Source of the DNA: a virus
Direction: 5' to 3' (one strand)
DNA length: 64,000 nucleotides
Virus record (IMG/VR): IMGVR_UViG_3300017779_004709
Coordinates: 27,361-91,360 of that record
Both the position numbers and the translations under genes were made by a program. Below the pieces are notes generated by a model. It searched no databases. It was not told the DNA's origin and saw nothing but the letters and a program-made list of their open reading frames with translations. Shown one piece after another: positions 8,586-18,209 of this stretch (position 1 is its first letter; every line of letters begins with the position of its first letter).

Positions 8586-9092
8586 TGTCTTTCGGGACAA
8601 AAGTTTTTTGACAAATTGAAAATGGAAAGTAGAGAGACTAATTATCTCTCTATGGGATTGACCGAACAATGAGTGACTTCGAAGCTCATAAGGTAATCCG
8701 CTCTTAGACTCGTGGTGAGTTGGTATTCGGGTAAATGTTCAAAATACCTTGCGACAGCATTAAGAGAATGTACTTTCAGATAAAATTAAGAACGCGATTC
8801 TTAGACCTTGTTATGGGTAAGGGTAAAACCGAAATCCCATCTTGTGACCGAATAAACTAAACTCAGAGAGTTAAGGTAATGGCACAGAGGTTGTACTCAC
8901 TTTGACGATGACTAACCATCATTGAGGAGAACCAAAGTAACTTTTGGGTGTTAGGTACAAGGTAAAAAAAATCTGAGTCTGAAAGTTGTAGGTATTCGCA
9001 AATCCTACATCCCCAAATTTTCATTTTTGGAAGGTATCTTTACAGATTGAAAAGATGAGAAGGGTGTTATTGTATTCCCTAACTTTCCATTT
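8586..9092 (+). ncRNA. Large, highly structured ncRNA candidate (family unassigned)
   Basis: No ORF on the + strand. An 11-bp closing helix (8620-8630/9082-9092) encloses more than 10 nested helices. The region is visibly richer in G/C than other intergenic DNA and a terminator follows. Confidence 0.7.
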
Positions 9093-9096
9093 ATTT

Positions 9097-9163
9097 AGGT
9101 GGTGAGGCTTTCTTACATATACCCGATAATTTTAATTATCTAAAACTCACCACCTTTTTTTTT
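9097..9163 (+). terminator. Intrinsic terminator-like long hairpin with U-tract
   Basis: AGGTGGTGAG 9097-9106 / CTCACCACCT 9146-9155, followed by a T run. Confidence 0.7.
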
Positions 9164-9197
9164 AGCAAAAAATTTGTGTTGTTTTTAAAACAAACCA

Positions 9198-9206
9198 ATA
9201 CTTATA
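9198..9206 (+). promoter_or_regulatory. ATACTTAT(A) motif, candidate phage-specific promoter
   Basis: Recurs intergenically at 6380 (TACTTAT), 15079, 53525, 58364 and 59254. Confidence 0.55.
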
Positions 9207-9272
9207 GTTGTACAGAAAAATATGTACAATTACAAAATAACAAATAAACATAAACAAATAAGGAGATAACAA

Positions 9273-10043
9273 ATGGATATTGAAGCCGTAAGAAAGCGAC
9301 TAAACCAGTTACAAACCTCAACTACAAGAACAACAAACTTGTGGAAACCTCAACCAGGAAAGACACAAATCCGTCTTTTACCTTACAAACTAAATCAAGA
9401 AGTTCCTTTTATCGAACTATTCTTTCATTATGATTTAGGTGGAAAGTCTTATCTTTCACCAATCTCATTTGGTAGACCAGATCCGATTGAAGAATTTGCT
9501 GAAAAACTAAAGTCAAGTGGAAATCGTGAAGATTGGAGACTTGGTAAGAAGTTAGAAGCAAAACTCAGAACTTTTGCACCAGTTTGTGTTCGTGGTGAAG
9601 AAAACCAAGGCTCTAAGTTTTGGGGATTTGGTAAAACCGTATATCAAGAACTACTATCAATTATAGCAGATCCTGATTATGGTGATATTAGTGATCCAGT
9701 TAATGGACGCGATGTAGTGGTTGAATTCCTAACAGCTGAAGAAACAGGAGCGTCGTTTCTTAAGACTAACATCCGTGTTAAACCAAACCAAACACCAGTT
9801 ACAGAAGATAAAGCAGTTTTATCTACATTACTTGATGACCAAAAAGATATCCGTGAGGTATATAATGAGTTAAGTTATGATGAACTTGCAGAAGCTTTAC
9901 AAGATTGGTTAAACCCAAGTGAAGATGGTGAAGATAAAGGCTCAGACAATTCCGTACCAGCATCAACAACAAAGAAATTAGAAAGTGCAGTAACAAACAC
10001 TTCTAATGTTAGTGATGCTTTTGATGACCTGTTTAATAAATAG
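9273..10043 (+). CDS. Single-stranded DNA-binding protein, T4 gp32-like
   Basis: LWKP...IRLLP, WGFGKTVY, GDISDPVNGRD, acidic tail FDDLF; adjacent to recA. Confidence 0.8.
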   Translation: MDIEAVRKRLNQLQTSTTRTTNLWKPQPGKTQIRLLPYKLNQEVPFIELFFHYDLGGKSYLSPISFGRPDPIEEFAEKLKSSGNREDWRLGKKLEAKLRTFAPVCVRGEENQGSKFWGFGKTVYQELLSIIADPDYGDISDPVNGRDVVVEFLTAEETGASFLKTNIRVKPNQTPVTEDKAVLSTLLDDQKDIREVYNELSYDELAEALQDWLNPSEDGEDKGSDNSVPASTTKKLESAVTNTSNVSDAFDDLFNK

Positions 10044-10057
10044 AAAAGGAGACATAT

Positions 10058-11164
10058 ATGTCTATATCAGCAAAAGATGAACTTGCACAAGTTCTTGCCG
10101 ATAACCTTAATAAGCAGTTCAAGGATACGAAAGTAGCCTATTTCTTAGATGGTTCAAATGCTACACCAACAGATGTAAAGGAATTTATATCAACTGGTTC
10201 ATCAATTTTAGATCTAGCAATCTCCAATCGTCCTAATGGTGGAATAGCCGTAGGACGAATTACGGAGATAAATGGTTTAGAATCAAGTGGTAAATCTCTA
10301 ATAGGAACTCACATTCTTTCAGAAACTCAGAAGAAAGGTGGTATAGCAGTTTATATCGATACCGAAACTTCTGTTAGTAGAGAATGGTTAGAAACTATTG
10401 GTGTTAATGTTCAAGACTTGTTATATCTTCATGTCGAAACCGTAGAAGATATATTTCAATGTATTGAAAACATTGTTACCAAGATTAGGGAATCAGATAG
10501 AGATAGGTTAGTTACAATCCTCGTGGATAGTTTAGCAGGGGCATCGACCAAAGTAGAGATGGAAGCCGATTTCGAGAAAGATGGATGGGCAACAAGTAAA
10601 GCAATTATCGTTTCTAAAGCGATGAGGAAGGTTACACAAATGATTGGTAGAGAAAGAATAGCTCTTGTCTTTACTAATCAACTCAGACAGAAACTCGGAG
10701 TAATGTTCGGTGATCCTTGGACAACAAGTGGTGGTAAGGCATTACCATTTCACTCATCAACTCGTATTCGTTTAAAGAATATGGGACAAATCAAAGATAC
10801 AGCAAAAAATGTATTGGGTATGAAAACTCGATGTCAGATTATCAAGAATCGTTTAGGCCCACCATTACGACATGCCGATTTCAATTTATACTTCGATAGT
10901 GGTATAGATGATATGGGAAGTTGGTTAACGGTCCTGAAAGAACACAAACTCTTGAAAGTTGCTGGAGCTTGGTACACTTTAGAATATAAAGGTAAGGATA
11001 TCAAATTTCAATCTAAAGACTTTGATAAGAAGTTGAAAGAAACTGATGGACTACAAGAACACCTTTATGATTTAATCTGTGAAGCATCCATACTGAAATA
11101 CCAATCAAAAGATTTAGGTATTGATGATGTGGTTTACACAGATGAAGTGATTGGTGATGAATAA
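10058..11164 (+). CDS. uvsX: RecA/UvsX recombinase
   Basis: ISTGS, GLESSGKS, VDSLA, FTNQLR, TTSGGKALPFHS, GAWY. Confidence 0.92.
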   Translation: MSISAKDELAQVLADNLNKQFKDTKVAYFLDGSNATPTDVKEFISTGSSILDLAISNRPNGGIAVGRITEINGLESSGKSLIGTHILSETQKKGGIAVYIDTETSVSREWLETIGVNVQDLLYLHVETVEDIFQCIENIVTKIRESDRDRLVTILVDSLAGASTKVEMEADFEKDGWATSKAIIVSKAMRKVTQMIGRERIALVFTNQLRQKLGVMFGDPWTTSGGKALPFHSSTRIRLKNMGQIKDTAKNVLGMKTRCQIIKNRLGPPLRHADFNLYFDSGIDDMGSWLTVLKEHKLLKVAGAWYTLEYKGKDIKFQSKDFDKKLKETDGLQEHLYDLICEASILKYQSKDLGIDDVVYTDEVIGDE

Positions 11165-12215
11165 TGGCAAATACCTTTCTATTCTTGACGAAATAAAGAA
11201 GCACGGCGGTGAAACTAACACATCAAATCCCAATGAAAAAGTACTGATAATAGATGGCTTAAATACCTTTATTAGAGTATTCTCAGTTATACCAACTACT
11301 AATGATGATGGAATTCACATTGGTGGAATAGTTGGTTTTCTTAAATCAGTTGGTTACGCAATTAAGATGTTAGCTCCTACCCGCACTATCATTACTTTTG
11401 ATGGTAAAGGTGGGAGTAACCGCCGCCGTAAACTTTATCCTGAATATAAAGCGAAACGAAGAACAGGCAAAATTAGACTCAATCGTGTAAACGATTTTGA
11501 AAATATCGAAGATGAACGACACTCAATGATGATGCAATTATCTCGTTGTGTGGAATACTTAGAGAAGTTACCTGTAAGTATAATGTCTATTGATGGTATT
11601 GAGGCAGATGACGCTATAGGATATGTATCAAAGCAAATATTACCAAATAGTAATGTTGTTATCATGTCCACCGATAAAGATTTCTTACAATTAGTAAATG
11701 ACAGAATTTCAGTTTGGTCACCTACTAAGAAGAAGTTGTATAATCCTGAAATGGTATTAGAGGAATATAATGTAACATCAGAAAATCTATTATTGAGTAG
11801 AGTTTTTGAAGGTGATACTTCCGATAATATAAAAGGGGTAAAAGGTATTGGTGCTAAAACCTTACTAAAACACTTTCCTGATTTAGGCACAGAAGGAAAG
11901 GTTATGTCGTATGATGATGTAATCAAAGAGGCACAGAAACATCAAGGAGAGAGATTTTACAATCTAATACTTGATAACCAAGACACCATAGATATTAATC
12001 ACAGATTGATGCAATTATCAGATGTGGATATTAGTGGTGGTGCTAAATTAAAGATTAACCGAATAGTAAATGGTAAGATACCTGAACTGAATAAAGTAAT
12101 CTTTCAGAAGATGTTTATTGAGGATAGAATGTTTGGTGCCTTACCAAATATGGATAGTTGGATAATGCAAACTTGGACTCAACTCAATAGGTTTGCTAAA
12201 ATAAACAATGGGTAG
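11151..12215 (+). CDS. 5'-3' exonuclease / RNase H (FEN/PolI-N-like)
   Basis: IIDGLN, YPEYKAKR, EADDAI, STDKDFLQ, GDTSDNIKGVKGIG. Confidence 0.9.
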   Translation: MVMNNGKYLSILDEIKKHGGETNTSNPNEKVLIIDGLNTFIRVFSVIPTTNDDGIHIGGIVGFLKSVGYAIKMLAPTRTIITFDGKGGSNRRRKLYPEYKAKRRTGKIRLNRVNDFENIEDERHSMMMQLSRCVEYLEKLPVSIMSIDGIEADDAIGYVSKQILPNSNVVIMSTDKDFLQLVNDRISVWSPTKKKLYNPEMVLEEYNVTSENLLLSRVFEGDTSDNIKGVKGIGAKTLLKHFPDLGTEGKVMSYDDVIKEAQKHQGERFYNLILDNQDTIDINHRLMQLSDVDISGGAKLKINRIVNGKIPELNKVIFQKMFIEDRMFGALPNMDSWIMQTWTQLNRFAKINNG

Positions 12216-12390
12216 AAAAAAGAAATATTATACCGAAAAGGAAAAACTCGAAGCCCAACGAAAGTGGCAGATGGATCACTATGAGCGCAATAAAGAGAGG
12301 ATTCTAAAAAAGGCTAAAGAAAGGTATAGATTGAAAAAACTCGAAGAACGAAGAAGGGAAAAAAGGAGAAAAATGTATGGCGACCAGTAA
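12208..12390 (+). CDS. Small basic helical protein
   Basis: Overlaps both neighbours; YERNKERILKKAKERY. Confidence 0.55.
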   Translation: MGRKKKYYTEKEKLEAQRKWQMDHYERNKERILKKAKERYRLKKLEERRREKRRKMYGDQ

Positions 12391-13693
12391 AACAATCAAT
12401 GGGGATTGTTTAGAGGAACTAAAGAAACTCGATGATAATTCAATAGATTTACTTTGTACAGATCCACCATACGGATATGGATTTATGGGGAAACATTGGG
12501 ATACATTTCAAGAAAAACAATCTACCAAATCCCAAACCGTAGGTTGGATGAGTCCTGGTATGAAGAAATCCACATATGGGATGAAAGAGTTTTTTGTTCC
12601 TATTTGGGAAGAAGCATTACGAGTACTAAAACCTGGTTCATTTTCATTCGTGATGAGTGCACCAAGAAGTGATGTTCAGATGGTTATGTTACAGACATTA
12701 CAAGAGGCAGGATTTGATGTTAGTTTCACACCAATCTATTGGACATATGCTACAGGTTTTCCAAAGGCTATGAATGTTGGTAAGAAAACCGAAAAGGAAA
12801 ATCTTGAAGGAAGTTACGCTGGATACCAACCAAAACCCGCTGTAGAAATCGTCATAGTCGCAATGAAACCATTAGACCAAAAAACTTATGTAGGTCAGGC
12901 ACTTAATAATCAAAAAGGTGTAACTTGGTTAGATGATTGTAGAATACCATTCGGTGATATGAACGATAAAGAACAATTTGATAAAGACAATGTGGCTGGA
13001 CAAGTGAACTTCGATGGTAGATACGAAAAGGATAGTGGTAAAATGTATGAAGGTGGTTGGGATAAACCTATGAGAAAAACCACCAAGAGAAAACCAAGAG
13101 AAGAAAATACGGTATTCAAGACAAGTGGATTTAAGAGTGAAGATAATGATACAGCGGAAGCATCACCATTTGGTAGATTTGCAGCAAACCTATTAATAAG
13201 TGATGATATATTAGAAAAAGATTTTAGTAGATTTTATAGTTTAGATTCGTGGTGGGAAGATAGATTGACTAAATTACCAGATGAAATTAAAAGAACATTT
13301 CCATTTTTAGCAGTTCCAAAACCAAGTAAATCAGAAAAGAATAATGGGTTGGGTAGATTTGAAAAACAAGAAAAAATATTTAATGGTCAAAGTGATAAAC
13401 CGAGTAAAGATATGAAAGGTGTGGAACAGAAATTCACAACACAACCATCAGCAAATAATCATCCAACCGTAAAACCAACAACCTTAATGAGCTACTTAAT
13501 TACACTTGGTAGTCGTAAAGGTGATGTCGTATTAGATCCATTCGCAGGTAGTGGAACAACAGCAATTAGTTGTGTGTTTTCAGAGCGAAATTACCTACTT
13601 ATTGAAAGAGAAAAAGAGTATTATAAAATACTAAAAGCTCGAATTAAGAAGGCAGAAAATCCTGCAGGAATCGTACAACATGAGTGGTTTTAA
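12377..13693 (+). CDS. DNA amino-methyltransferase (N6A/N4C, beta class)
   Basis: TDPPY near the N-terminus; HPTVKP and VLDPFAGSGTT near the C-terminus. Confidence 0.9.
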   Translation: MATSKTINGDCLEELKKLDDNSIDLLCTDPPYGYGFMGKHWDTFQEKQSTKSQTVGWMSPGMKKSTYGMKEFFVPIWEEALRVLKPGSFSFVMSAPRSDVQMVMLQTLQEAGFDVSFTPIYWTYATGFPKAMNVGKKTEKENLEGSYAGYQPKPAVEIVIVAMKPLDQKTYVGQALNNQKGVTWLDDCRIPFGDMNDKEQFDKDNVAGQVNFDGRYEKDSGKMYEGGWDKPMRKTTKRKPREENTVFKTSGFKSEDNDTAEASPFGRFAANLLISDDILEKDFSRFYSLDSWWEDRLTKLPDEIKRTFPFLAVPKPSKSEKNNGLGRFEKQEKIFNGQSDKPSKDMKGVEQKFTTQPSANNHPTVKPTTLMSYLITLGSRKGDVVLDPFAGSGTTAISCVFSERNYLLIEREKEYYKILKARIKKAENPAGIVQHEWF

Positions 13694-13695
13694 AA

Positions 13696-15063
13696 ATGAG
13701 TGATAAATCAACTTTATCCCAATTCGGTCATGTCTTTCAATCAAAGACAATATCATCTTTATTATCAGATAAGAAATTTATACAAACTATATCAGACATA
13801 CTTGAACCAGAGTATTTTGATAGTGATGCCAACAAATGGATATGTAAGGAAATAAGAGATTATTTCTTTGAGTATAAAACTCCACCAACACTTGAAGTGA
13901 TGAAAGTTAAGATTGATGATATGGAGAATGAGGTTTTACAAGTTTCAGTAGTGGAGAATCTCAAGGAAGCTTGGAGAAATGTAAAATCAACTGATTTAAA
14001 ATTTGTTCAAGAACAAACATTAGAGTTTTGTAAAAATCAAGTTATGAAACAGGCTATTATGAATAGTGTGGATTTGATTGAGGTTGGTCAATATGACCAA
14101 ATCAAAAAACTCGTGGATAATGCTATGAAGGCTGGTTCTGATAGAGATTTAGGACATGATTATATTATTGGAATAGAAGAAAGATTAACTCAATCATCAA
14201 GGGTTACGGTAAAAACAGGTTGGGATCCGATAGATGAGGTTATGGATGGTGGATTGGGTGCAGGAGAACTTGGAGTTGTAGTGGCACCAGCTGGTATTGG
14301 TAAGTCTTGGTGTTTACAAACAATTGGTTCTGCAGCAGTTAAAGAAGGATTGAATGTAGTTCATTATACTTTGGAGTTGAATGAGAATTATGTTGGACTT
14401 CGTTATGATACGGTTTTTAGTGGAGTTACCACATCAGATATACAATTTTATCAAGAGGATGTCAAGAAAAAAATAGACTCACTCAAGGGAACATTACTGA
14501 TTAAGTATTTCCCCACAAAAAGTGCTTCAGTTCAAACCTTAACTTCACATCTAAGTCAGATAGAAATTCAGAATCAAAAACCTGATTTAATATTAGTTGA
14601 TTATGCAGATATTCTTAAAGGTGTGGGTAGTGAGAAACGGCATGTATTAGAAAATATCTACGAGGATTTAAGAGGATTAGCAGGTGAATTAGATTGTCCA
14701 ATATGGACAGCCTCACAGGCAAATCGTAGTTCATTGGAAGAAGAAGTGATTGACGCTACAAAGGTCGCAGAAGCTTATAGTAAAGTAATGATAGCAGATT
14801 TTGTAGTATCGGTTAGTAGAAAAGTAGAGGATAAAATAGCAAACACAGGTAGGTTTCATGTAATAAAAAATAGATTCGGTCCTGATGGAATTACGTTTCC
14901 ATCAAGTATTAATACTAATATTGGTAAGATAGATGTTTATGAAGCCAATACACAAGATGGTCAAAGTACTCAAGGAAAAATGGATAACAGCCAAGAGTAT
15001 TTGAGAAAAACTTTAGCAAACAAATATAACAATTCTCAGAAAGATACCGATGGCTTCGAATAA
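13696..15063 (+). CDS. Replicative helicase, T4 gp41/DnaB-like
   Basis: APAGIGKS, YTLEL, ILVDYAD, WTASQANR, KNRFG; start likely ATG 13696. Confidence 0.9.
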   Translation: MSDKSTLSQFGHVFQSKTISSLLSDKKFIQTISDILEPEYFDSDANKWICKEIRDYFFEYKTPPTLEVMKVKIDDMENEVLQVSVVENLKEAWRNVKSTDLKFVQEQTLEFCKNQVMKQAIMNSVDLIEVGQYDQIKKLVDNAMKAGSDRDLGHDYIIGIEERLTQSSRVTVKTGWDPIDEVMDGGLGAGELGVVVAPAGIGKSWCLQTIGSAAVKEGLNVVHYTLELNENYVGLRYDTVFSGVTTSDIQFYQEDVKKKIDSLKGTLLIKYFPTKSASVQTLTSHLSQIEIQNQKPDLILVDYADILKGVGSEKRHVLENIYEDLRGLAGELDCPIWTASQANRSSLEEEVIDATKVAEAYSKVMIADFVVSVSRKVEDKIANTGRFHVIKNRFGPDGITFPSSINTNIGKIDVYEANTQDGQSTQGKMDNSQEYLRKTLANKYNNSQKDTDGFE

Positions 15064-15118
15064 AAATCTATATATATCATACTTATATGAGGTAAAGTTA
15101 TGGAAAGCAAATTAAAAA

Positions 15119-17152
15119 ATGGGAGAAATCGTGAAGATGGAAAAGTTTAAGTTATCAGAAAATTTTATTAATAAGTACAAAAGAAGAAAAGCTCCCTTTG
15201 GTTTTAACGGATTAGGTGAGTTAGTTTATATGAGAACCTATTCTCGAATCAAAGAGGATGGTAAAAATGAGAGATGGTGGGAAACCGTTCAACGAGTTGT
15301 TGAAGGTACTTACACTATGCAAAAAAATTGGATTGATTCACATCAATTAGGGTGGAATCCGTGGCAAGCTCAAGCGTCCGCACAGGATATGTATGAGCGA
15401 ATATTCACTATGAAATTCTTGCCACCCGGCCGAGGTCTTTGGGCAATGGGAACAGCCGTTACCGAAGAAAAAGGTTTGTACGCCGCCCTAAACAATTGTG
15501 CATTTGTATCAACTAAAACACTAAAAGAAGATTACTCGAAACCATTTTGTTTCCTTATGGATGCAAGTATGTTAGGAGTGGGTGTTGGATTTGATACAAA
15601 GGGTGCTGGAGAAATAGTAGTTAAAGGAGTGGACAAGGATAGAGATGTACAGACATTTGAAATACCTGATACTCGTGAGGGTTGGGTAGAATCTTTAAAA
15701 CTACTATTAGAAGCTTACTTTCATGGTCAAGCGCCAATCGAGTTTGACTATTCAAAAGTCAGACCAGCTGGAGTACCAATCAAAGGTTTTGGTGGAGTTA
15801 GTTCAGGTCCTGAACCATTAGAAGAAGTTCATGTGGATATCAAAGGGGTATTAGAAAAGAATAGTGGAGAACCAATTACCGTAACAACGATTGTAGACAT
15901 AATGAACCTTATTGGTAAATGTGTCGTGGCAGGTAATGTAAGACGAACAGCAGAGATTGTATTTGGTGATCCTTATGATGAGGAATACTTAGATTTAAAG
16001 AATTATAAAGTAAATCCACATCGTGACCAATATGGTTGGACTTCTAATAATTCAATATTCGCAGAACTTGGTATGGATTATACGGAAGCATCTGAAAGAA
16101 TTAATGACAACGGAGAACCAGGATTTGCATGGTTAGAAAACATGAGAAAATATTCTCGTATGAAAAATGGTGGAGATGATAAAGACCATAGAGTTATGGG
16201 TGGTAATCCTTGTTTGGAACAATCATTAGAAAGTTATGAATTATGTTGTTTAGTAGAGACATTTCCAAATAACCACGATTCATTAGAGGACTATCAAAGA
16301 ACACTTAAATATGCTTATCTGTATGCCAAATCAGTAACATTAGGTAAGACACATTGGAGTGATACCAATCGAGTTATGTTGAGAAACAGAAGAATTGGAT
16401 GTAGTGTGAGTGGAGTTGCTCAGTTTATTACTCAACGAGGATTACACGAATTAAAAAATTGGTTAGAGGAAGGATACGACACAATACAAGAATGGGATAA
16501 GATGTATTCTGATTGGTTCGCAATTCCAAAGTCAATTAAAACCACAAGTGTAAAACCAAGTGGAACGGTTTCGTTATTAGCAGGAGCAACACCAGGATTA
16601 CACTATCCTGAATCAAGATTCTATATCAGAAGAATTAGGGTTTCAAAACATTCAGAATTATTAGAACCTATGAAAAAGGCTGGATATAAAGTTGAACCAG
16701 CTTTCGGTTCAGAGGACACAACAATGGTTGTTGAAGTTCCTGTTGATGTGGGAGAAGGAATTAGAACCGTGGGTGAGTTATCCATATGGGAACAATTCAG
16801 TTTAGCTGCATTTATGCAAAGACATTGGGCTGATAATCAAGTTAGTTGTACCGTAACATTCAATCCTGAAACAGAGGGTGAAATGATACCACAAGTATTA
16901 AACTATTTCCAATATCATCTAAAAGGTATAAGTTTATTACCACGACATGAATTGGGTGCATATAAACAAATGCCATATGAGTCGATTGACGAAAAGGAAT
17001 ATAAGAAGCAAGTTAAAAAACTTGGTAAGTTATCTTTTGGGGTTATACATAAAGAAGAAGCCAATATAGAAAAGTTTTGTGATGGTGATTTTTGTGATGT
17101 AGAAATAATACCCACAACAGGAGATAATGACGACCAAGAATATGCAAATTAA
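15119..17152 (+). CDS. nrdJ: Class II (adenosylcobalamin-dependent) ribonucleotide reductase, monomeric RTPR-type
   Basis: PPGRGLW, LNNC, GNVRRTAE, NPCLE, VKPSGT, C-terminal CDGDFC. Confidence 0.92.
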   Translation: MGEIVKMEKFKLSENFINKYKRRKAPFGFNGLGELVYMRTYSRIKEDGKNERWWETVQRVVEGTYTMQKNWIDSHQLGWNPWQAQASAQDMYERIFTMKFLPPGRGLWAMGTAVTEEKGLYAALNNCAFVSTKTLKEDYSKPFCFLMDASMLGVGVGFDTKGAGEIVVKGVDKDRDVQTFEIPDTREGWVESLKLLLEAYFHGQAPIEFDYSKVRPAGVPIKGFGGVSSGPEPLEEVHVDIKGVLEKNSGEPITVTTIVDIMNLIGKCVVAGNVRRTAEIVFGDPYDEEYLDLKNYKVNPHRDQYGWTSNNSIFAELGMDYTEASERINDNGEPGFAWLENMRKYSRMKNGGDDKDHRVMGGNPCLEQSLESYELCCLVETFPNNHDSLEDYQRTLKYAYLYAKSVTLGKTHWSDTNRVMLRNRRIGCSVSGVAQFITQRGLHELKNWLEEGYDTIQEWDKMYSDWFAIPKSIKTTSVKPSGTVSLLAGATPGLHYPESRFYIRRIRVSKHSELLEPMKKAGYKVEPAFGSEDTTMVVEVPVDVGEGIRTVGELSIWEQFSLAAFMQRHWADNQVSCTVTFNPETEGEMIPQVLNYFQYHLKGISLLPRHELGAYKQMPYESIDEKEYKKQVKKLGKLSFGVIHKEEANIEKFCDGDFCDVEIIPTTGDNDDQEYAN

Positions 17153-17163
17153 GGAGTAAGGTT

Positions 17164-18150
17164 ATGTATAAATTGGAATATCTATGGTTGGATGGATGTA
17201 CACCAACTCAAATTAGGTATAAAACAAAAGTTGTAAAAGAACCATTAAAAGTACCTGAATGGGGATTCGATCCTATTTGGGGATTTGATGGTAGTTCTAC
17301 TGAACAGGCAGATGGTGGTAGTTCTGATTGTCAATTAAAACCAGTAAGGGTTTATCCAAATCCATTAGAAGAAGATAGTTCTATCGTATTGTGTGAAGTC
17401 TATAATGTAGACGATACACCACACAAATCTAATACGAGAAGATTATTAGAAGAAACTATACCTGATGGTATTGATGAATGGGTTGGCTTTGAACAAGAAT
17501 ACACATTATTTAAAAATGATAGACCATTAGGTTGGCCAGGACATGGTGAACCAGCTCCACAAGGAGATTATTATTGTGGTAGAAATATCGGTGAAAATAT
17601 TTCAAGAGAACATTTAAATGCTTGTATCAAAGCTGGTATTAGTATTTGTGGAACAAACGCAGAGGTAATGTTAGGACAATGGGAATATCAGATTGGTGCA
17701 GGTGGTTCAATCAATATGAGTGATGACTTATGGGTTGCTCGTTGGTTATTAGAAAGAATCTGTGAGAAGAATGGAGTTTCAGTATCACTACATCCAAAAC
17801 CAATTGAAGGTGATTGGAATGGTGCAGGATGTCATACCAATTTTTCTACGAAATATATGAGAGATGAAGGTGGATATATAGAAATTATAAATGCCTGTGA
17901 AAAGTTATCAAAAAATCCACAAGAACATATTGATGTGTATGGTCAAGATAATGACAAAAGACTTACAGGAGAACATGAAACTTGTTCTATTGAAGAATTT
18001 CGTTATGGTGTTTCAGATAGAGGAGCATCTATCCGTATTCCGTGGCAGGTGGAAAGGGACGGTAAAGGTTATTTAGAAGATAGACGACCATCTTCAAATT
18101 GTGATCCATATGTGGTTTCACAAAAACTAATTCAAACAATTTGTAGCTAA
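17164..18150 (+). CDS. glnII: Glutamine synthetase type II
   Basis: LEYLWLDG, WGFDGSST, GFEQEY, NAEVMLGQWEYQIG, WNGAGCHTN, GYLEDRRP. Confidence 0.93.
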   Translation: MYKLEYLWLDGCTPTQIRYKTKVVKEPLKVPEWGFDPIWGFDGSSTEQADGGSSDCQLKPVRVYPNPLEEDSSIVLCEVYNVDDTPHKSNTRRLLEETIPDGIDEWVGFEQEYTLFKNDRPLGWPGHGEPAPQGDYYCGRNIGENISREHLNACIKAGISICGTNAEVMLGQWEYQIGAGGSINMSDDLWVARWLLERICEKNGVSVSLHPKPIEGDWNGAGCHTNFSTKYMRDEGGYIEIINACEKLSKNPQEHIDVYGQDNDKRLTGEHETCSIEEFRYGVSDRGASIRIPWQVERDGKGYLEDRRPSSNCDPYVVSQKLIQTICS

Positions 18151-18180
18151 AAAGTATTAGGAATTATCAAATATTATTAG

Positions 18181-18193
18181 TAAGATCAAGTAT
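18181..18193 (+). promoter_or_regulatory. TAAGATCAAGTAT -10 element upstream of DNA polymerase
   Basis: Identical to the -10/+1 part of the early promoter; the -35 is degenerate. Confidence 0.5.
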
Positions 18194-18209
18194 AAATTAA
18201 GAGGTTATA

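Noticed and set aside
8586-9092. tmRNA, RNase P RNA, group I/II intron or cobalamin riboswitch as the identity of the structured region
   Set aside because: I found no tRNA-like ends or CCA, no GAGGAAAGUCC-type RNase P motif, no interrupted host gene and no recognisable intron core or B12 box by eye. A covariance search is still needed.
6280-10040. Shared DDLFN pentapeptide near the C-termini of the AAA ATPase and SSB
   Set aside because: The same pentapeptide also occurs inside the PLP enzyme's KRDD motif, so it is too short to separate from chance.
12208-12390. Homing endonuclease or intron remnant
   Set aside because: It resembles the basic N-terminal arm of some endonucleases but has no HNH or GIY-YIG motif. 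The flanking genes and pol, RNR and helicase show no intein or intron insertion.
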